Positions 51,572 to 61,919 of a stretch of DNA of 64,000 bases are shown piece by piece. The translations under genes were made by a program, and so were the position numbers. The stretch's first letter is position 1. Each line of letters opens with the position of its first letter. Under the pieces are notes generated by a model that worked only from the letters and a program-made list of their open reading frames with translations, was not told the DNA's origin and ran no database searches. Source of the DNA: Chloroflexota bacterium (lineage in GTDB: Bacteria > Chloroflexota > Dehalococcoidia > Dehalococcoidales > UBA2162); contig JACQGQ010000040.1 in assembly GCA_016199495.1 (NCBI GenBank), positions 9,773 to 73,772 of the forward strand, in the 5' to 3' direction.

Positions 51572-52462
51572 TTATAGATTATTCCGCTTATAAAGCTGAA
51601 TTCCATCATTGCAATGTATGGGAGGAAAGCCCTCTACGATTCCTAGACTTACACGTTTCAGGTCTATTATCAGGTTGTACTTATCAGATAAAAGAACAGG
51701 CAACATCTGGCTGTATTCCTCATGATGGATATTAATCAGTAAATAGTCAATCATGTTCTCTTTAATACTATTAGCGGCGCCCAGAATGGCGTGGTACTCG
51801 GCTCCCTGTACGTCCATCTGGATGATATCCACGTGGTCAAATCCGTGTTTCTGCACTAATCGGTCTATTGTAAGCATTGGTACCCTGGTGGCTTTTCCGG
51901 TTATGATTCGGCGAAGGTTGCCAAGGCTTGGCATGCCACTACGGCCCATGAGTGGACTCATTGCTTGCCCATACTGGTAATCGGGTCGGGAAGAGGTGTC
52001 AAAATAACAGCTTCCATTTTTATTTGAGACGGCACCGAGTACAGCCATGCCATTGATATTTTGGGCGGCAAAGTGCTCCTTCAACCATTCATAATGCACC
52101 GGTTCCGCTTCTACAGCCAGACAGTGGTATCTTGTCGGAGTACATGGAATAACCTTGAAGTCGATAGCACCAGCTATGTTGAGGCATATTCTTCCCCATC
52201 CAGCCCCTAGCTCGAAAATATTTACCTCATCCCTCTTGATATCGGCAAGGATACTTAACAGGCAATCCTGCTGGAAATTCCCACCGGCTATATTCCCCGC
52301 CTCTCGTATTCTACTGTATAGTTCTTCATCACCGGCTTTACGGTCGGCGCCTAGGCACTTAGTCATCCGGTAATAGCCGAGGGGAAGCTGTTCCCAGCCG
52401 CCTTCCCCCGGCGCCTTTACCGTGGGTGTCTTAATATCGAAATGACGAATGTTCATATCCAT
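51572..52462 (-). CDS. FkbM-family methyltransferase
   Basis: 'IFELGAGWG' and 'HVDIIQMDVQGAEYHAILGA' (FkbM signature). Confidence 0.7.
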   Translation of the reverse strand: MDMNIRHFDIKTPTVKAPGEGGWEQLPLGYYRMTKCLGADRKAGDEELYSRIREAGNIAGGNFQQDCLLSILADIKRDEVNIFELGAGWGRICLNIAGAIDFKVIPCTPTRYHCLAVEAEPVHYEWLKEHFAAQNINGMAVLGAVSNKNGSCYFDTSSRPDYQYGQAMSPLMGRSGMPSLGNLRRIITGKATRVPMLTIDRLVQKHGFDHVDIIQMDVQGAEYHAILGAANSIKENMIDYLLINIHHEEYSQMLPVLLSDKYNLIIDLKRVSLGIVEGFPPIHCNDGIQLYKRNNL

Positions 52463-52485
52463 TGTAATTAAGGAAAACCCCTAAC

Positions 52486-53589
52486 TCATTCAAGGATATT
52501 ATCAATTGTATCCCTGAGCTTAATTAATAAAACGCCGATTTTCCGACGGATAGCCCACGGCATAAACCTGGCAAATAGTGACTTTGCCTGCTGAGTATTG
52601 CTGGCGTAGCCTCTTTGCTTCATGTTACGCACATTTTCCTGATATGAATGATACGAAACGTACTTGCCCTTTTTGCTCGGAACCAACAAATCAGCAAGCT
52701 GGTTCACATCTTTATCCTGAATAAACCCTGCCTTTTGAGCAACTTGAACAAGCTCAATGGCGCAATCAGGTAGACAGAATAATTCCATGATGCTGGCTAG
52801 CTTTAAAAGCTTGATATCATTCCAGCCATCCCCAAGAATACTTTCTGTGGTAATTTCATTGGTACCGTCACGTAAATAAAGGGCCTCTCCGGAGATAACC
52901 TGGCCCCGCTTGGTTGGTCCTGGAATCAGTGAGGGTGTAGCTTCCGGTAGAGCTTCCCGGCTCATACGGTAGACTGCCAAGTCAAACAGCTTAAACCCGA
53001 GAGGCCTCAGGAACGAGTCAAGGTCACTGAAAACTGGTTGCCCGATATGCCACGGTTGAAACCAGATTTCAATACTCATACCTACTACCGATTTTCTAAG
53101 CGACCCGATAGCCCCTTTCAGGATGTCTAATTCCGCGCTTTCGGTATCCAGTTTCATAAAGTCCACATAATCAATGCCATTGTTACTTGCAAACGTATCA
53201 AAATCGACTGTGTCAAGCTCAAGAGCTTTTTCAATAACCAGATTCACTTTGTCCGGAAAACGCTGCAACAGTTTTATATCGGGCTGATAAAACCCGGAGG
53301 CGGCCGGATATGCCGCGCAATAAAACGTCCTTTTGCCTTTATCCCGATGCAGCGCTGCGGGATAAAAGCGTTTCGCTAGGCCGGATTCCTGCTGGTTGAG
53401 CCGTTGGCATTCATTAGCGTCTGCCTCAAAGCCGATTAATTTAACCTGGTCTCCGTATGATGACCAGTGCTCTTCAAATCCGCCCCGGGCACCGACATCA
53501 ACAATCACCAGTGGCTTTTGTTCAAAGGCGCCTGAAGCAACAAGGTACTGGGTAAATCTGGGTGAGGAATTTATATTCTTTAAACCCAA
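52486..53589 (-). CDS. FkbM-family methyltransferase
   Basis: 'VIVDVGARGG' and 'VDFMKLDTESAELDILKGA'. Confidence 0.7.
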   Translation of the reverse strand: MGLKNINSSPRFTQYLVASGAFEQKPLVIVDVGARGGFEEHWSSYGDQVKLIGFEADANECQRLNQQESGLAKRFYPAALHRDKGKRTFYCAAYPAASGFYQPDIKLLQRFPDKVNLVIEKALELDTVDFDTFASNNGIDYVDFMKLDTESAELDILKGAIGSLRKSVVGMSIEIWFQPWHIGQPVFSDLDSFLRPLGFKLFDLAVYRMSREALPEATPSLIPGPTKRGQVISGEALYLRDGTNEITTESILGDGWNDIKLLKLASIMELFCLPDCAIELVQVAQKAGFIQDKDVNQLADLLVPSKKGKYVSYHSYQENVRNMKQRGYASNTQQAKSLFARFMPWAIRRKIGVLLIKLRDTIDNILE

Positions 53590-53625
53590 AGGTAGTTTAT
53601 CTCCTTTATACCTTTATTGTTCTAT

Positions 53626-55170
53626 TTAGCAATCGGATTTCTGGAAAAGCAATAGCTGGCGCCCCTCAGGATAGGATTCCCAGATTCCTTCAAAATGAAA
53701 ACATTTACCGAAAGCCTCTTTCAGTACCGGGACATTCCAGTTTTCTTCAGTCAGAGAAGGCAGCTTGTAAAGGGCTTCATTAATCGGCACGAATTCTACC
53801 AGCAAATATTTTTCCGTAAACCGGTCAAGCAAATCTACCAGATGTTCTAAAGTCACCCCCTGGTTGCTAACCATGTGATGAATAATCGCCAGTGCCATTA
53901 CCAGTTCACATTTGAACCGATTCGTTGCCGCCGATATTGTGCCAATATTCAATTCATATTGTGGTGTTGGCTGCCGGATATCCATTATGAGTGGCAGGAC
54001 ATCAGTGCTTTCTTTGCGGATGTAAGAATATAATTGATTGATAGATTCTTCATCCCGGTCAAACGAGATAACCGAAGCGCCGTTGTGAGCCAGCATCAAG
54101 GAAAACCAGCCGGTATTGGCGCCGATATCCAGGGCTGTTTTTGGCTTTAGTTTGGTGACGATTTCTTGAATATTAAGCTCTTTAGGTGTCCAGGAATCGG
54201 TGTCCCTCTCCCACGGTGGTTTGGTGCCGATGATGTTCTGATAATATTCCGACCAGTGACTGCTCCCCTCGCTCACCTTCAAGGATTCTACTTTGTGTCT
54301 CAGGCGCTTCAGGAAATTAGCCCGGGAGCCTAAAGCCTTGAGATGACGGGTGTCTGTCTCACGGGAGATACCGGCAAGGCTGTTGTTTTTTATTTTAGGG
54401 CGGAGCTTATAGGTAGCCCCCTCCAGAACATTTTTTAACGATTCATTACTCAAGACCTTATCAATAGTGGCAATCCCAAGCCGGTAATGCCACCGCTCAC
54501 TGGTTATTTCCCCTCTGTTAGCAATGGTAATAACCAGTTTGTCTAGGAGGCTGCGTTGAAACTTATTGCCCGCCAATTTTCTGGTGCTTGTGTCCAGACC
54601 GTTACTGACAATCTCTCTTAAGATTAGGCGGGCGATATAGTGCCGTTTCTTTTCATATAATTCCAGTGGGAATAAAATAGTATCGCGGAAGGCTTTATCA
54701 TAGCCGTGCCAGATTGGTGTGTCCGCTATCGGAACAAAGGAGCCATAGTCCAGATAGACAGGCTCACCATTTTGAATTACCGTATTAAACGGATTGGGGT
54801 CGTAAAGCGAATATCCGTAGCCGTTGGCTATCTCTTCTATTTCCAATATGGCCAGGGCAACTTCTTTCAGGGCTAATGCTGGCCACTCGAAGGGGTAAGA
54901 TAAATGACTAATGAAGGGGTACTCAATAACCAGAGGATATTGGCTAATACTCGTTTTCCGCATTTCTCCGGGCTGTAATAGTCCCTTCCCCACAAGATTA
55001 TCTATCAGTCCCGATTTGAATAGTGTCTTTACTGGCGCCGCATGCTCTTCTAATATGTATTTGAATACGGTATTATTGTCGGTGAATTTAACACTACTTC
55101 TGTCATTCCAGGAGAGTTCCATTCTTTTCAGGTGTCTGGGTAATTGATTGGTCACTGATTTAGTCTCCAT
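53626..55170 (-). CDS. Two-domain protein: NoeA-like N-terminal domain + class I SAM methyltransferase
   Basis: C-terminal motif I 'ALDIGANTGWFSLMLAHNGASVISFDRDE'. The N-terminal ~330 aa carry 'SYPFEWPALALKEVALAILEIEE...YSLYDPNPFNTVIQNGEPVYLDYGSF'. I recognise this pattern from NoeA-type methyltransferases of unknown substrate. Confidence 0.6.
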   Translation of the reverse strand: METKSVTNQLPRHLKRMELSWNDRSSVKFTDNNTVFKYILEEHAAPVKTLFKSGLIDNLVGKGLLQPGEMRKTSISQYPLVIEYPFISHLSYPFEWPALALKEVALAILEIEEIANGYGYSLYDPNPFNTVIQNGEPVYLDYGSFVPIADTPIWHGYDKAFRDTILFPLELYEKKRHYIARLILREIVSNGLDTSTRKLAGNKFQRSLLDKLVITIANRGEITSERWHYRLGIATIDKVLSNESLKNVLEGATYKLRPKIKNNSLAGISRETDTRHLKALGSRANFLKRLRHKVESLKVSEGSSHWSEYYQNIIGTKPPWERDTDSWTPKELNIQEIVTKLKPKTALDIGANTGWFSLMLAHNGASVISFDRDEESINQLYSYIRKESTDVLPLIMDIRQPTPQYELNIGTISAATNRFKCELVMALAIIHHMVSNQGVTLEHLVDLLDRFTEKYLLVEFVPINEALYKLPSLTEENWNVPVLKEAFGKCFHFEGIWESYPEGRQLLLFQKSDC

Positions 55171-55218
55171 GTTAAGTCCGGATTATCTGTATAAAGAGGG
55201 CTACCCCGGCTATACGCA

Positions 55219-55965
55219 TTATTGCTCTTTAGCATGATAAAGAATCTTAGCGCACTTTCTGGCAAATTCGACCATCTGCTTTAGTTCGTCAGGCTCCACA
55301 CTATGGATATGGTCGGGGCCCGGGAGCTTCTTATCAAGAGTAAAATGCTTCTCGATTATCCGGGCACCTCTGGCCATGGCTATTAGTGATGCCTCTATGC
55401 CGATAGTATGGTCGCTGAAACCGGAGAACTGATTGAAGTCGACCGTCAAGAAATCGAGGTCTTCAGGGAGTGTGGGGTATTTAGCCACGCAATATAAAAA
55501 ATCGACCCGGCCGCTGGTCTTGATTCTGGGAAAGCCCTTTTCCCGGTACATACCGAGAGAAGCGATGATGTCCTTGCCGGTATCAGTGATAGCTTCTATT
55601 AATTGGCTATCATAGATGCTGCGGCTGGCTATCTTGTAACGCTTCATGCCGATATCCTGGCACCATTTCACCCTTTCCCTATCGAAAACGGACGCCATAA
55701 ACTCTATGCCCGTCTTTTGGCAATAATCCGCCACTTCTTCCACCTGCTCTCGGCTAAGCTGCGCCTTTTTTCTCATCTTGTTCCGTTGGTCATCAGCCGG
55801 GAATATAGCTTCAACATCAAATAGCTGAAACTTGGCAATATCAGCCCCCGCTTCCTTGGCGGCGGTGATGAGCTTTCTTGCCATCGTCATATCCCCATTA
55901 TGATTCTGACCAATCTCGGCCACAACCAGTATGTTCTGTTCCAAGTCACGGTTATCAATCTTCAT
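55219..55965 (-). CDS. NeuB-family (N-acylneuraminate/nonulosonate synthase-like) TIM-barrel protein lacking the SAF domain
   Basis: 'ILVVAEIGQNHNGDMTMARKLITAAKEAGADIAKFQLF' and 'GFSDHTIGIEASLIAMARGARIIEKHFTLDK'. It is only 248 aa and stops before the usual C-terminal SAF domain. Confidence 0.75.
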   Translation of the reverse strand: MKIDNRDLEQNILVVAEIGQNHNGDMTMARKLITAAKEAGADIAKFQLFDVEAIFPADDQRNKMRKKAQLSREQVEEVADYCQKTGIEFMASVFDRERVKWCQDIGMKRYKIASRSIYDSQLIEAITDTGKDIIASLGMYREKGFPRIKTSGRVDFLYCVAKYPTLPEDLDFLTVDFNQFSGFSDHTIGIEASLIAMARGARIIEKHFTLDKKLPGPDHIHSVEPDELKQMVEFARKCAKILYHAKEQ

Positions 55966-55974
55966 ATTCCAGCA

Positions 55975-56703
55975 TCAAACATGGTGGTAGTGGAAGGTGT
56001 ATTGTGCTGCCGTTATCTTGAACCTCATCCCCTCGTAGAGTCTTAACGAGGGTGCGTTCGCCAACTGTGTGCCGACACGAATTTGAGTAAAGCCATGGCA
56101 CTGTGATTCAGCAAAGGCAATCATATCTTCGGCAACCCCTTTTCTACGATATTTTTCATCTACGGCGATGAGGTCTATTACCAAAGTGCCATCCTCTCCG
56201 TAAATTAGCAGCAAGAAACCGATAATAAAATCACCAGCCAGAGCCACCACCATAGTGTCCCCCCTGTTTCCGGTGAAATAGCTCCCCACCCATTCCGCCT
56301 TAATCATATCGGCGACCTCACGTGGGAAAGCACTGTCAAGATGGAACCTTGAATAGACAAAACTTCTCCTGGCCAGTTCCACAACCTGGTTCTGGTCTTC
56401 CGGGATAGTGAAGCGTAAGTCACAGTTAGCGGTACAATTCTCCGACGGGGCTATCGGCTTCTCAAAAACAATATTGGTATCTATCAGGTTAAAGCCCTGT
56501 TCTTCAAGAAATTTAACCGCCGACAAAGCCTCAGGCGAAACCTTAGAATAGATGAAGACACTCCTGTCTTGTAACTCTTTGAGCCGGTCATAATTTCTGG
56601 CTCTTTTGACTAGGTCATCATCGACGACGAGCTTATAAACGTCCCGTTTAAGGGTCCGAGCCAACCACTGGTCATAAATAAGGTTTTTGTGTTTACCTGC
56701 CAT
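55975..56703 (-). CDS. GNAT-family acetyltransferase
   Basis: 'IAVDEKYRRKGVAEDMI' (motif A) and 'NAPSLRLYEGMRF'. Confidence 0.7.
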   Translation of the reverse strand: MAGKHKNLIYDQWLARTLKRDVYKLVVDDDLVKRARNYDRLKELQDRSVFIYSKVSPEALSAVKFLEEQGFNLIDTNIVFEKPIAPSENCTANCDLRFTIPEDQNQVVELARRSFVYSRFHLDSAFPREVADMIKAEWVGSYFTGNRGDTMVVALAGDFIIGFLLLIYGEDGTLVIDLIAVDEKYRRKGVAEDMIAFAESQCHGFTQIRVGTQLANAPSLRLYEGMRFKITAAQYTFHYHHV

Positions 56704-56731
56704 CGTAACTAACCTTTTATTCTTGCCAATT

Positions 56732-57766
56732 TCAAGTCAGCACCGATAAAGATTCCCAGATTGACTTATACCAGTTGATGTATTCGACAAAACCTCTCTC
56801 CAGAGGGAATTGCGGATTGTAGCCAATCATTTCCCTTGCCCTGTCGACGCAGAGGGTGCCGCGGTCGGGGGTTAGCCTGTCCTTGGGCAGGTAGTTAATT
56901 TCGACACCGGGGAAATGCTCGGCCAGGATGTCTGCCATCTGAGCAACAGAGCGGGATTCGCCATAGGTCATATTGAATAGCTGGTTTTTGGAATTCTTAT
57001 TCTCCAGGATGTTAACAATGCCTGATACCAAATCATCAATGTAGGTAAAGTCCAGACGACTGGAACCGTCGCCCTGAATTGAAATCTCCAGACCCTGCAG
57101 GGCACTTTCGATGAAGACCTGTCCCACACGCCGACTGACACAGCGCGGCCCATACAATGCCGACGGACGGAGAATAGTGTAGGGCAGGTCGAAGACCTGG
57201 TTATAGGCAATAACCATCTTCTCTCCGGCGAATTTGAGAGCGCCATAAATACCCAGAGGCTCACAAGGTGTTTCTTCAGTTACGGAACCTGAGGTAAAGT
57301 TGCCATACACCATGCTGGAAGAAAAATAAATAAAGTGCTTGATGTGCAGGCTTGGAGACCTGGCAATATCCAGGGAGTTCTCTAGCGTCCTTAAGCTATG
57401 GTCAAAGGTGCTGTAAGGGTCTTTATTTGACCTGTCGGCATGGGCGACGGCCGCCAGGTGAATCAAGGTATCAACATCCATCCCCCCGATAGCTTCCGAA
57501 AGCCTGACATAATCTCTGGAGTCGAGCTCGGTAAGAGGAATACTTTTCTCTTTCAAGAGGTCAAGCCGTTGCTGAATAATGCTCAGGTAAAGCTCACTAT
57601 TGGGGATGGCATCGGCATTGTTTTTGATGCTATAGAGGTTGTTGACAGCCAGGCTATCGATAATAAATACCTCGGCACCTAAGTCTTTGAGTTTCAGCGC
57701 CAGATTGTGTCCGATAAAACCGGCACCACCGACTAGAACAATGCGTCGACCTGTAAAATCACTCAT
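56732..57766 (-). CDS. NAD-dependent epimerase/dehydratase (extended SDR)
   Basis: 'IVLVGGAGFIGHNL', 'FSSSMVYG', 'YGALKFAGEK'. Confidence 0.8.
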   Translation of the reverse strand: MSDFTGRRIVLVGGAGFIGHNLALKLKDLGAEVFIIDSLAVNNLYSIKNNADAIPNSELYLSIIQQRLDLLKEKSIPLTELDSRDYVRLSEAIGGMDVDTLIHLAAVAHADRSNKDPYSTFDHSLRTLENSLDIARSPSLHIKHFIYFSSSMVYGNFTSGSVTEETPCEPLGIYGALKFAGEKMVIAYNQVFDLPYTILRPSALYGPRCVSRRVGQVFIESALQGLEISIQGDGSSRLDFTYIDDLVSGIVNILENKNSKNQLFNMTYGESRSVAQMADILAEHFPGVEINYLPKDRLTPDRGTLCVDRAREMIGYNPQFPLERGFVEYINWYKSIWESLSVLT

Positions 57767-57767
57767 C

Positions 57768-58916
57768 TTACTTGACCTCCATAATGGCGTTCTTGATTGT
57801 TGTTACCATATAGTTAATGTCTTCGTGACTAACATGTGGCCCCACGGGTAGGGCAATCGAGTTGCCACTAATGCGAGACGCCACCGGGAAACTAGTATCG
57901 CTGTAGCCGTACTTGTCTTTATAATACCTGAGGTGGGGGACAGGGCGCGGATAATAGACGCTGGTGCCAAGTCCGTGTTGTTTGAGATAATTCACTATTT
58001 CGAAGCGTTTCTTGAATAGGGGCTCCTTGAGAATTATCGTCTGGCAGTAGTAACTGCTCTGATAGCCGTCATGGCTGGACTGCAACAACTCAATTTCACC
58101 AATATCCGCCAACCCTGTTGTCAGCGACGTATAGTTTTCCTGGCGTTTTTGCAGGAAACTATCAATCTTCTTCATTTGCTCGATACCCAGGGCAGCCCCG
58201 AGCTCATTCAATCGATAATTCAGCCCCAACTCCACGACATCATATATGCCCGGAATATCACGCTCACTGACAATATTGCGGTCGATACCAAAGGCTCTCT
58301 GGCGGGAGATTTTTTCGACAGTCTCCCGGGATTTAGCCAACACCATCCCTCCCTCGGCGGTAGTAATATGCTTTACCGGGTAGAAGGAAAAACAGCCGAC
58401 ATCGCCGAAAAGACCAGCATGCATTCCGTCCAGATAGGTACCAATGGCCAGAGCACAGTCCTCCACCACAAACAGATTGTGCTTCTTGGCAATCTCCATG
58501 ACACGGTGCATATTAACCGGCATACCTAGGTAATGCACAATGGCAATTACTCTTGTCCGTTCGGTTAGTTGAGCTTCGATTTGGTCGATATCGATATTGC
58601 CGGTGTCCTTTTCCGCATCAACAAATACCGGCCTGGCACCTACCAGCTCGGCGGCATGGGCCGTGGCGACGTGTGTCTCGGCAGGAACAATTACCTCATC
58701 GCCAGGACCTAAACCGAGACAGTGATAGGCTAAGTGCAGCGCCGCCGTACAGGATGATACGGCGATAGCATCTTTCGCTCCGGTGTAGTGAGCAAAAAGG
58801 GCTTCGAATTCTTTTACCCGTGGACCATGGGTCAAAATTGGTCCGCTGAGCACCTGCGCCACGGCATTTCTCTCTTCATCACCGATAATAGGGCTACCAA
58901 AAGGTATTGTTCGCAT
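57768..58916 (-). CDS. DegT/DnrJ/EryC1/StrS-family sugar aminotransferase no. 3 (WbpE/PseC/SpsC-like)
   Basis: 'GDEVIVPAETHVATAHA', 'IVHYLGMP', 'FSFYPVKHITTAEGGMVL'. Confidence 0.85.
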   Translation of the reverse strand: MRTIPFGSPIIGDEERNAVAQVLSGPILTHGPRVKEFEALFAHYTGAKDAIAVSSCTAALHLAYHCLGLGPGDEVIVPAETHVATAHAAELVGARPVFVDAEKDTGNIDIDQIEAQLTERTRVIAIVHYLGMPVNMHRVMEIAKKHNLFVVEDCALAIGTYLDGMHAGLFGDVGCFSFYPVKHITTAEGGMVLAKSRETVEKISRQRAFGIDRNIVSERDIPGIYDVVELGLNYRLNELGAALGIEQMKKIDSFLQKRQENYTSLTTGLADIGEIELLQSSHDGYQSSYYCQTIILKEPLFKKRFEIVNYLKQHGLGTSVYYPRPVPHLRYYKDKYGYSDTSFPVASRISGNSIALPVGPHVSHEDINYMVTTIKNAIMEVK

Positions 58917-58928
58917 AGTATAAAACCC

Positions 58929-59933
58929 CTAGATGTAGGTCACCATTACTGAATCCGATTGATGAGTCGCCTTTTCAATAGCAAAACACACTGACATTGT
59001 CTGGAAGATGTCCTCTACAGTCACTTCTGCCGGAGAACGGCCCAGGATAGATTCGACAAAACTATAAATCAGCTCACCCTTTTCGATACCGGGGTAAGGG
59101 GTGGTAATTTTTTTACCTGTTTGAGCCGGATCACGCGATTCAAATAGCGTGGCGTGCTCCAGACCATTGACAAAGGTTGCCCGCGTGCCGTAAATACTCA
59201 GGGCGTGAAAATGGGGATATACACACCCGAAATTAGCCGCCACCTTGCCAATCAGACCACTCTTAAACTTTAAAATACTAACCACCATGTCATTATAACG
59301 AAAGCCTTTACCCCGGGAAGCAATAGCATTGCCGTAAGCGGCTACTTCGACGATACGGTCACCGGTCAGCCAGAGGAGCAGGTCCACAAGATGTACCGCC
59401 CCTCCGTAGACCACGGAGTAGAAATCGATTTTGCCCCGCCACCCCTCCGTTATCTTGTGCAGCCGGCCGTAATTATAGTCCCCTTCCACATAAAACAACT
59501 GGCCCAGCTTACCATCTGTAATCATCCGCTTTAGCTGGAGAAAACGGGGAGAGAGGCGTAGAATCAGATTAGAAGACATTTTCAAGGCGGGTTTCTGCTG
59601 AAGTAGCTGACGTATATGAGCAGCTTCATTCTCATACAAGCAGAGAGGCTTTTCAACGAAAATATGCTTGTCGTTTTCGATGGCTTGTACAATCTGCTGG
59701 TAGTGATAATTATCGTAGCTGGCGATGGAGACTATATCAATGTCCGGGTCGTGAAGCAGCTCATCAGCCTTAGAGGTTAGCCTGATGCCTGGATATTGCC
59801 TTTTAGCCATCGCCAGTTTGTCATCGGAGAAATCACACAGGGCGACGACCTCACAATCAGGGTGACTTTGATATCCGGCAATATGTCCTTCACCCACACC
59901 CAGGCCGATGATACCTACCCTTAGACTTTTCAT
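58929..59933 (-). CDS. Gfo/Idh/MocA-family oxidoreductase (WbpB-like)
   Basis: 'LRVGIIGLGVGEGH', 'IFVEKPL'. 334 aa. Confidence 0.8.
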   Translation of the reverse strand: MKSLRVGIIGLGVGEGHIAGYQSHPDCEVVALCDFSDDKLAMAKRQYPGIRLTSKADELLHDPDIDIVSIASYDNYHYQQIVQAIENDKHIFVEKPLCLYENEAAHIRQLLQQKPALKMSSNLILRLSPRFLQLKRMITDGKLGQLFYVEGDYNYGRLHKITEGWRGKIDFYSVVYGGAVHLVDLLLWLTGDRIVEVAAYGNAIASRGKGFRYNDMVVSILKFKSGLIGKVAANFGCVYPHFHALSIYGTRATFVNGLEHATLFESRDPAQTGKKITTPYPGIEKGELIYSFVESILGRSPAEVTVEDIFQTMSVCFAIEKATHQSDSVMVTYI

Positions 59934-60640
59934 AATCGTTCTATTCTCGATAGTGCCAGGCTACGATAAATCTGAAGAATATCTTCCAGCGTATACTCCC
60001 AGTGGGGTCGTATCATTTTAGATACTATTGTAACAAAATTGTCCATATCTTGCCAAGTGTCCACAGATAACTGAATATGGCTAAGATTTTCGGTCAGGGC
60101 AAAGTTTTGTATGCGGAATTCCTCTGGATGATTATAATAATATCTGGTCAGATGCTCTAGGTCATCCTCTGCTCGCATACGGTCGCAGGCCTTCCGGTAA
60201 GTAAAAACCCGCAAGATTTCAGTTGACTGTCCTTTAGGATAGCTACGTGGGAAAATGTTGGTTACCAGGTCATAATCTCCATTCAGGAAAATGTCTATAC
60301 CCTTTTCAATTATTCGCTGGTCGAGCAGTGGACTGTCTCCGTTCACCCTGACAAAGACGTCAAACTGGTATAGATTCAAGACTTCCTTGAATCTGCCGGC
60401 GACATTGGATAAAGGACCGCGGTAACAGGCGACACTATTCTGGCGGCAATAATCAGCTATGGGCGTGTCGCTATCATCAATTGAGGTAGCGACTACTATA
60501 TTATCGAGGTAGTCACAATGCTCAAGCCGCTCTAATGAGTATTGCAGTAGGGGCTTACCGTCGGCTTCAAGCAGTACCTTGTTCGGTAACCGCTGGGAGC
60601 TCATACGAGCCTGGACTATAGCGCCTATCTTCATTTTCAT
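59930..60640 (-). CDS. Cytidylyltransferase-family protein (SpsF / acylneuraminate cytidylyltransferase-like)
   Basis: 'IGAIVQARMSSQRLPNKVL...GKPLL', 'VRVNGDSPLLD'. Confidence 0.75.
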   Translation of the reverse strand: MKMKIGAIVQARMSSQRLPNKVLLEADGKPLLQYSLERLEHCDYLDNIVVATSIDDSDTPIADYCRQNSVACYRGPLSNVAGRFKEVLNLYQFDVFVRVNGDSPLLDQRIIEKGIDIFLNGDYDLVTNIFPRSYPKGQSTEILRVFTYRKACDRMRAEDDLEHLTRYYYNHPEEFRIQNFALTENLSHIQLSVDTWQDMDNFVTIVSKMIRPHWEYTLEDILQIYRSLALSRIERL

Positions 60641-60670
60641 TCAATTCAATGTCCGCCTACTGTCCAATTC

Positions 60671-61918
60671 TCATAAACTCCGGTAGACAAGCCCCTTCTC
60701 CCTGGCTTCTGCATTTGAGAAAACTCCCCGAACATCAATTAAAATGGGGCTATCATTCATCATGCCTTTTAGTTTAGCCACGGTCATTTTCGTAAAGGCT
60801 TTATGAGCCACGGCGATAATCACACCATCAACTTTAGTCTCTTTGAGGTTCGATACAACCTTAATTCTAAATTTGCCTTCAATATCATCCAGCAATGGGT
60901 CATACCCCCATACCTCAACGCCGTATTCTTGAAGCTCGGCGATGATTTCTTTTACCGGGGTTTCCCTGGTATCGGCGACGTTTTCTTTATAGGTTAAGCC
61001 CATGATAAGGACTCGGGAGCCTTTTATTACCTTACCGACAGAGTTTAAGGCTTTGATGGTCATCTCGGTGAGGTGATGCGCCATGCTATCATTGATGGCT
61101 CTACCGGCGAGGATGACCTGAGGATGGTAACCTACCTCTCTGGATTTATAGACCAGGTAATAGGGGTCAACTGGTATGCAGTGTCCACCGACCAGGCCGG
61201 GAGAGTAGCGCTGGAAATTCCATTTAGTCGCGGCTGTATCCAGGACGTCTCTAGTATTTAAGCCCATTTTTTCGAAGATGATGGCAAATTCGTTCATGAG
61301 GGCTATATTCAAGTCCCTTTGGATATTTTCGATGACCTTGGCCGCTTCGGCAGTCTTTATATTCTTAGCCTTGAAAATATGAGGGGTTATCTTACCGTAG
61401 AGTTCAGCCAGCAGCTCGGTAGTCTCCTCATTCATGCCGGCAATCACCTTGGTTACCTTGTCTAGGGAATGCTCCTTATCACCGGGGTTTATCCTCTCCG
61501 GGGAATAGGCAATCTTAAAGTCCAGGCCACACCTGAATCCGGACTCATTTTCTAAAATCGGCTTGACAATCTCTTCGGTGACACCGGGATACACTGTCGA
61601 TTCCAGGATGACGACACTGCCTTTCTTCATATTTTGCCCGACAATTCTAGCCGTATCTTCGACGTGGGATAAATCAGGTTCTTTGGATTTGGTCACCGGG
61701 GTCGGCACGCAGATAATAATGAAGTCAGCTTTGCCGATTTCCTCAGCTTTATCAGTGAAGAGGAGGTTCTGACTGTTATTGTTTTTGTTTAATTCTGTCA
61801 GTTTCCTTTTGTCATTATCGTAGCCGATTACCTTAAGGCTTCTGGAGAATGCCTGAGCCAGCGGTAGCCCGACGTAACCCAGCCCAATAATACACACGGT
61901 CGTTTTCTTTAAATCCAT
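60671..61918 (-). CDS. Nucleotide-sugar 6-dehydrogenase (UDP-GlcNAc/GalNAc dehydrogenase, TviB/WbpA/WbpO-like)
   Basis: 'TVCIIGLGYVGLPLAQAF', 'GGHCIPVDPYYL', 'VLIMGLTYKENVADTR'. Confidence 0.85.
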   Translation of the reverse strand: MDLKKTTVCIIGLGYVGLPLAQAFSRSLKVIGYDNDKRKLTELNKNNNSQNLLFTDKAEEIGKADFIIICVPTPVTKSKEPDLSHVEDTARIVGQNMKKGSVVILESTVYPGVTEEIVKPILENESGFRCGLDFKIAYSPERINPGDKEHSLDKVTKVIAGMNEETTELLAELYGKITPHIFKAKNIKTAEAAKVIENIQRDLNIALMNEFAIIFEKMGLNTRDVLDTAATKWNFQRYSPGLVGGHCIPVDPYYLVYKSREVGYHPQVILAGRAINDSMAHHLTEMTIKALNSVGKVIKGSRVLIMGLTYKENVADTRETPVKEIIAELQEYGVEVWGYDPLLDDIEGKFRIKVVSNLKETKVDGVIIAVAHKAFTKMTVAKLKGMMNDSPILIDVRGVFSNAEAREKGLVYRSL

Positions 61919-61919
61919 T

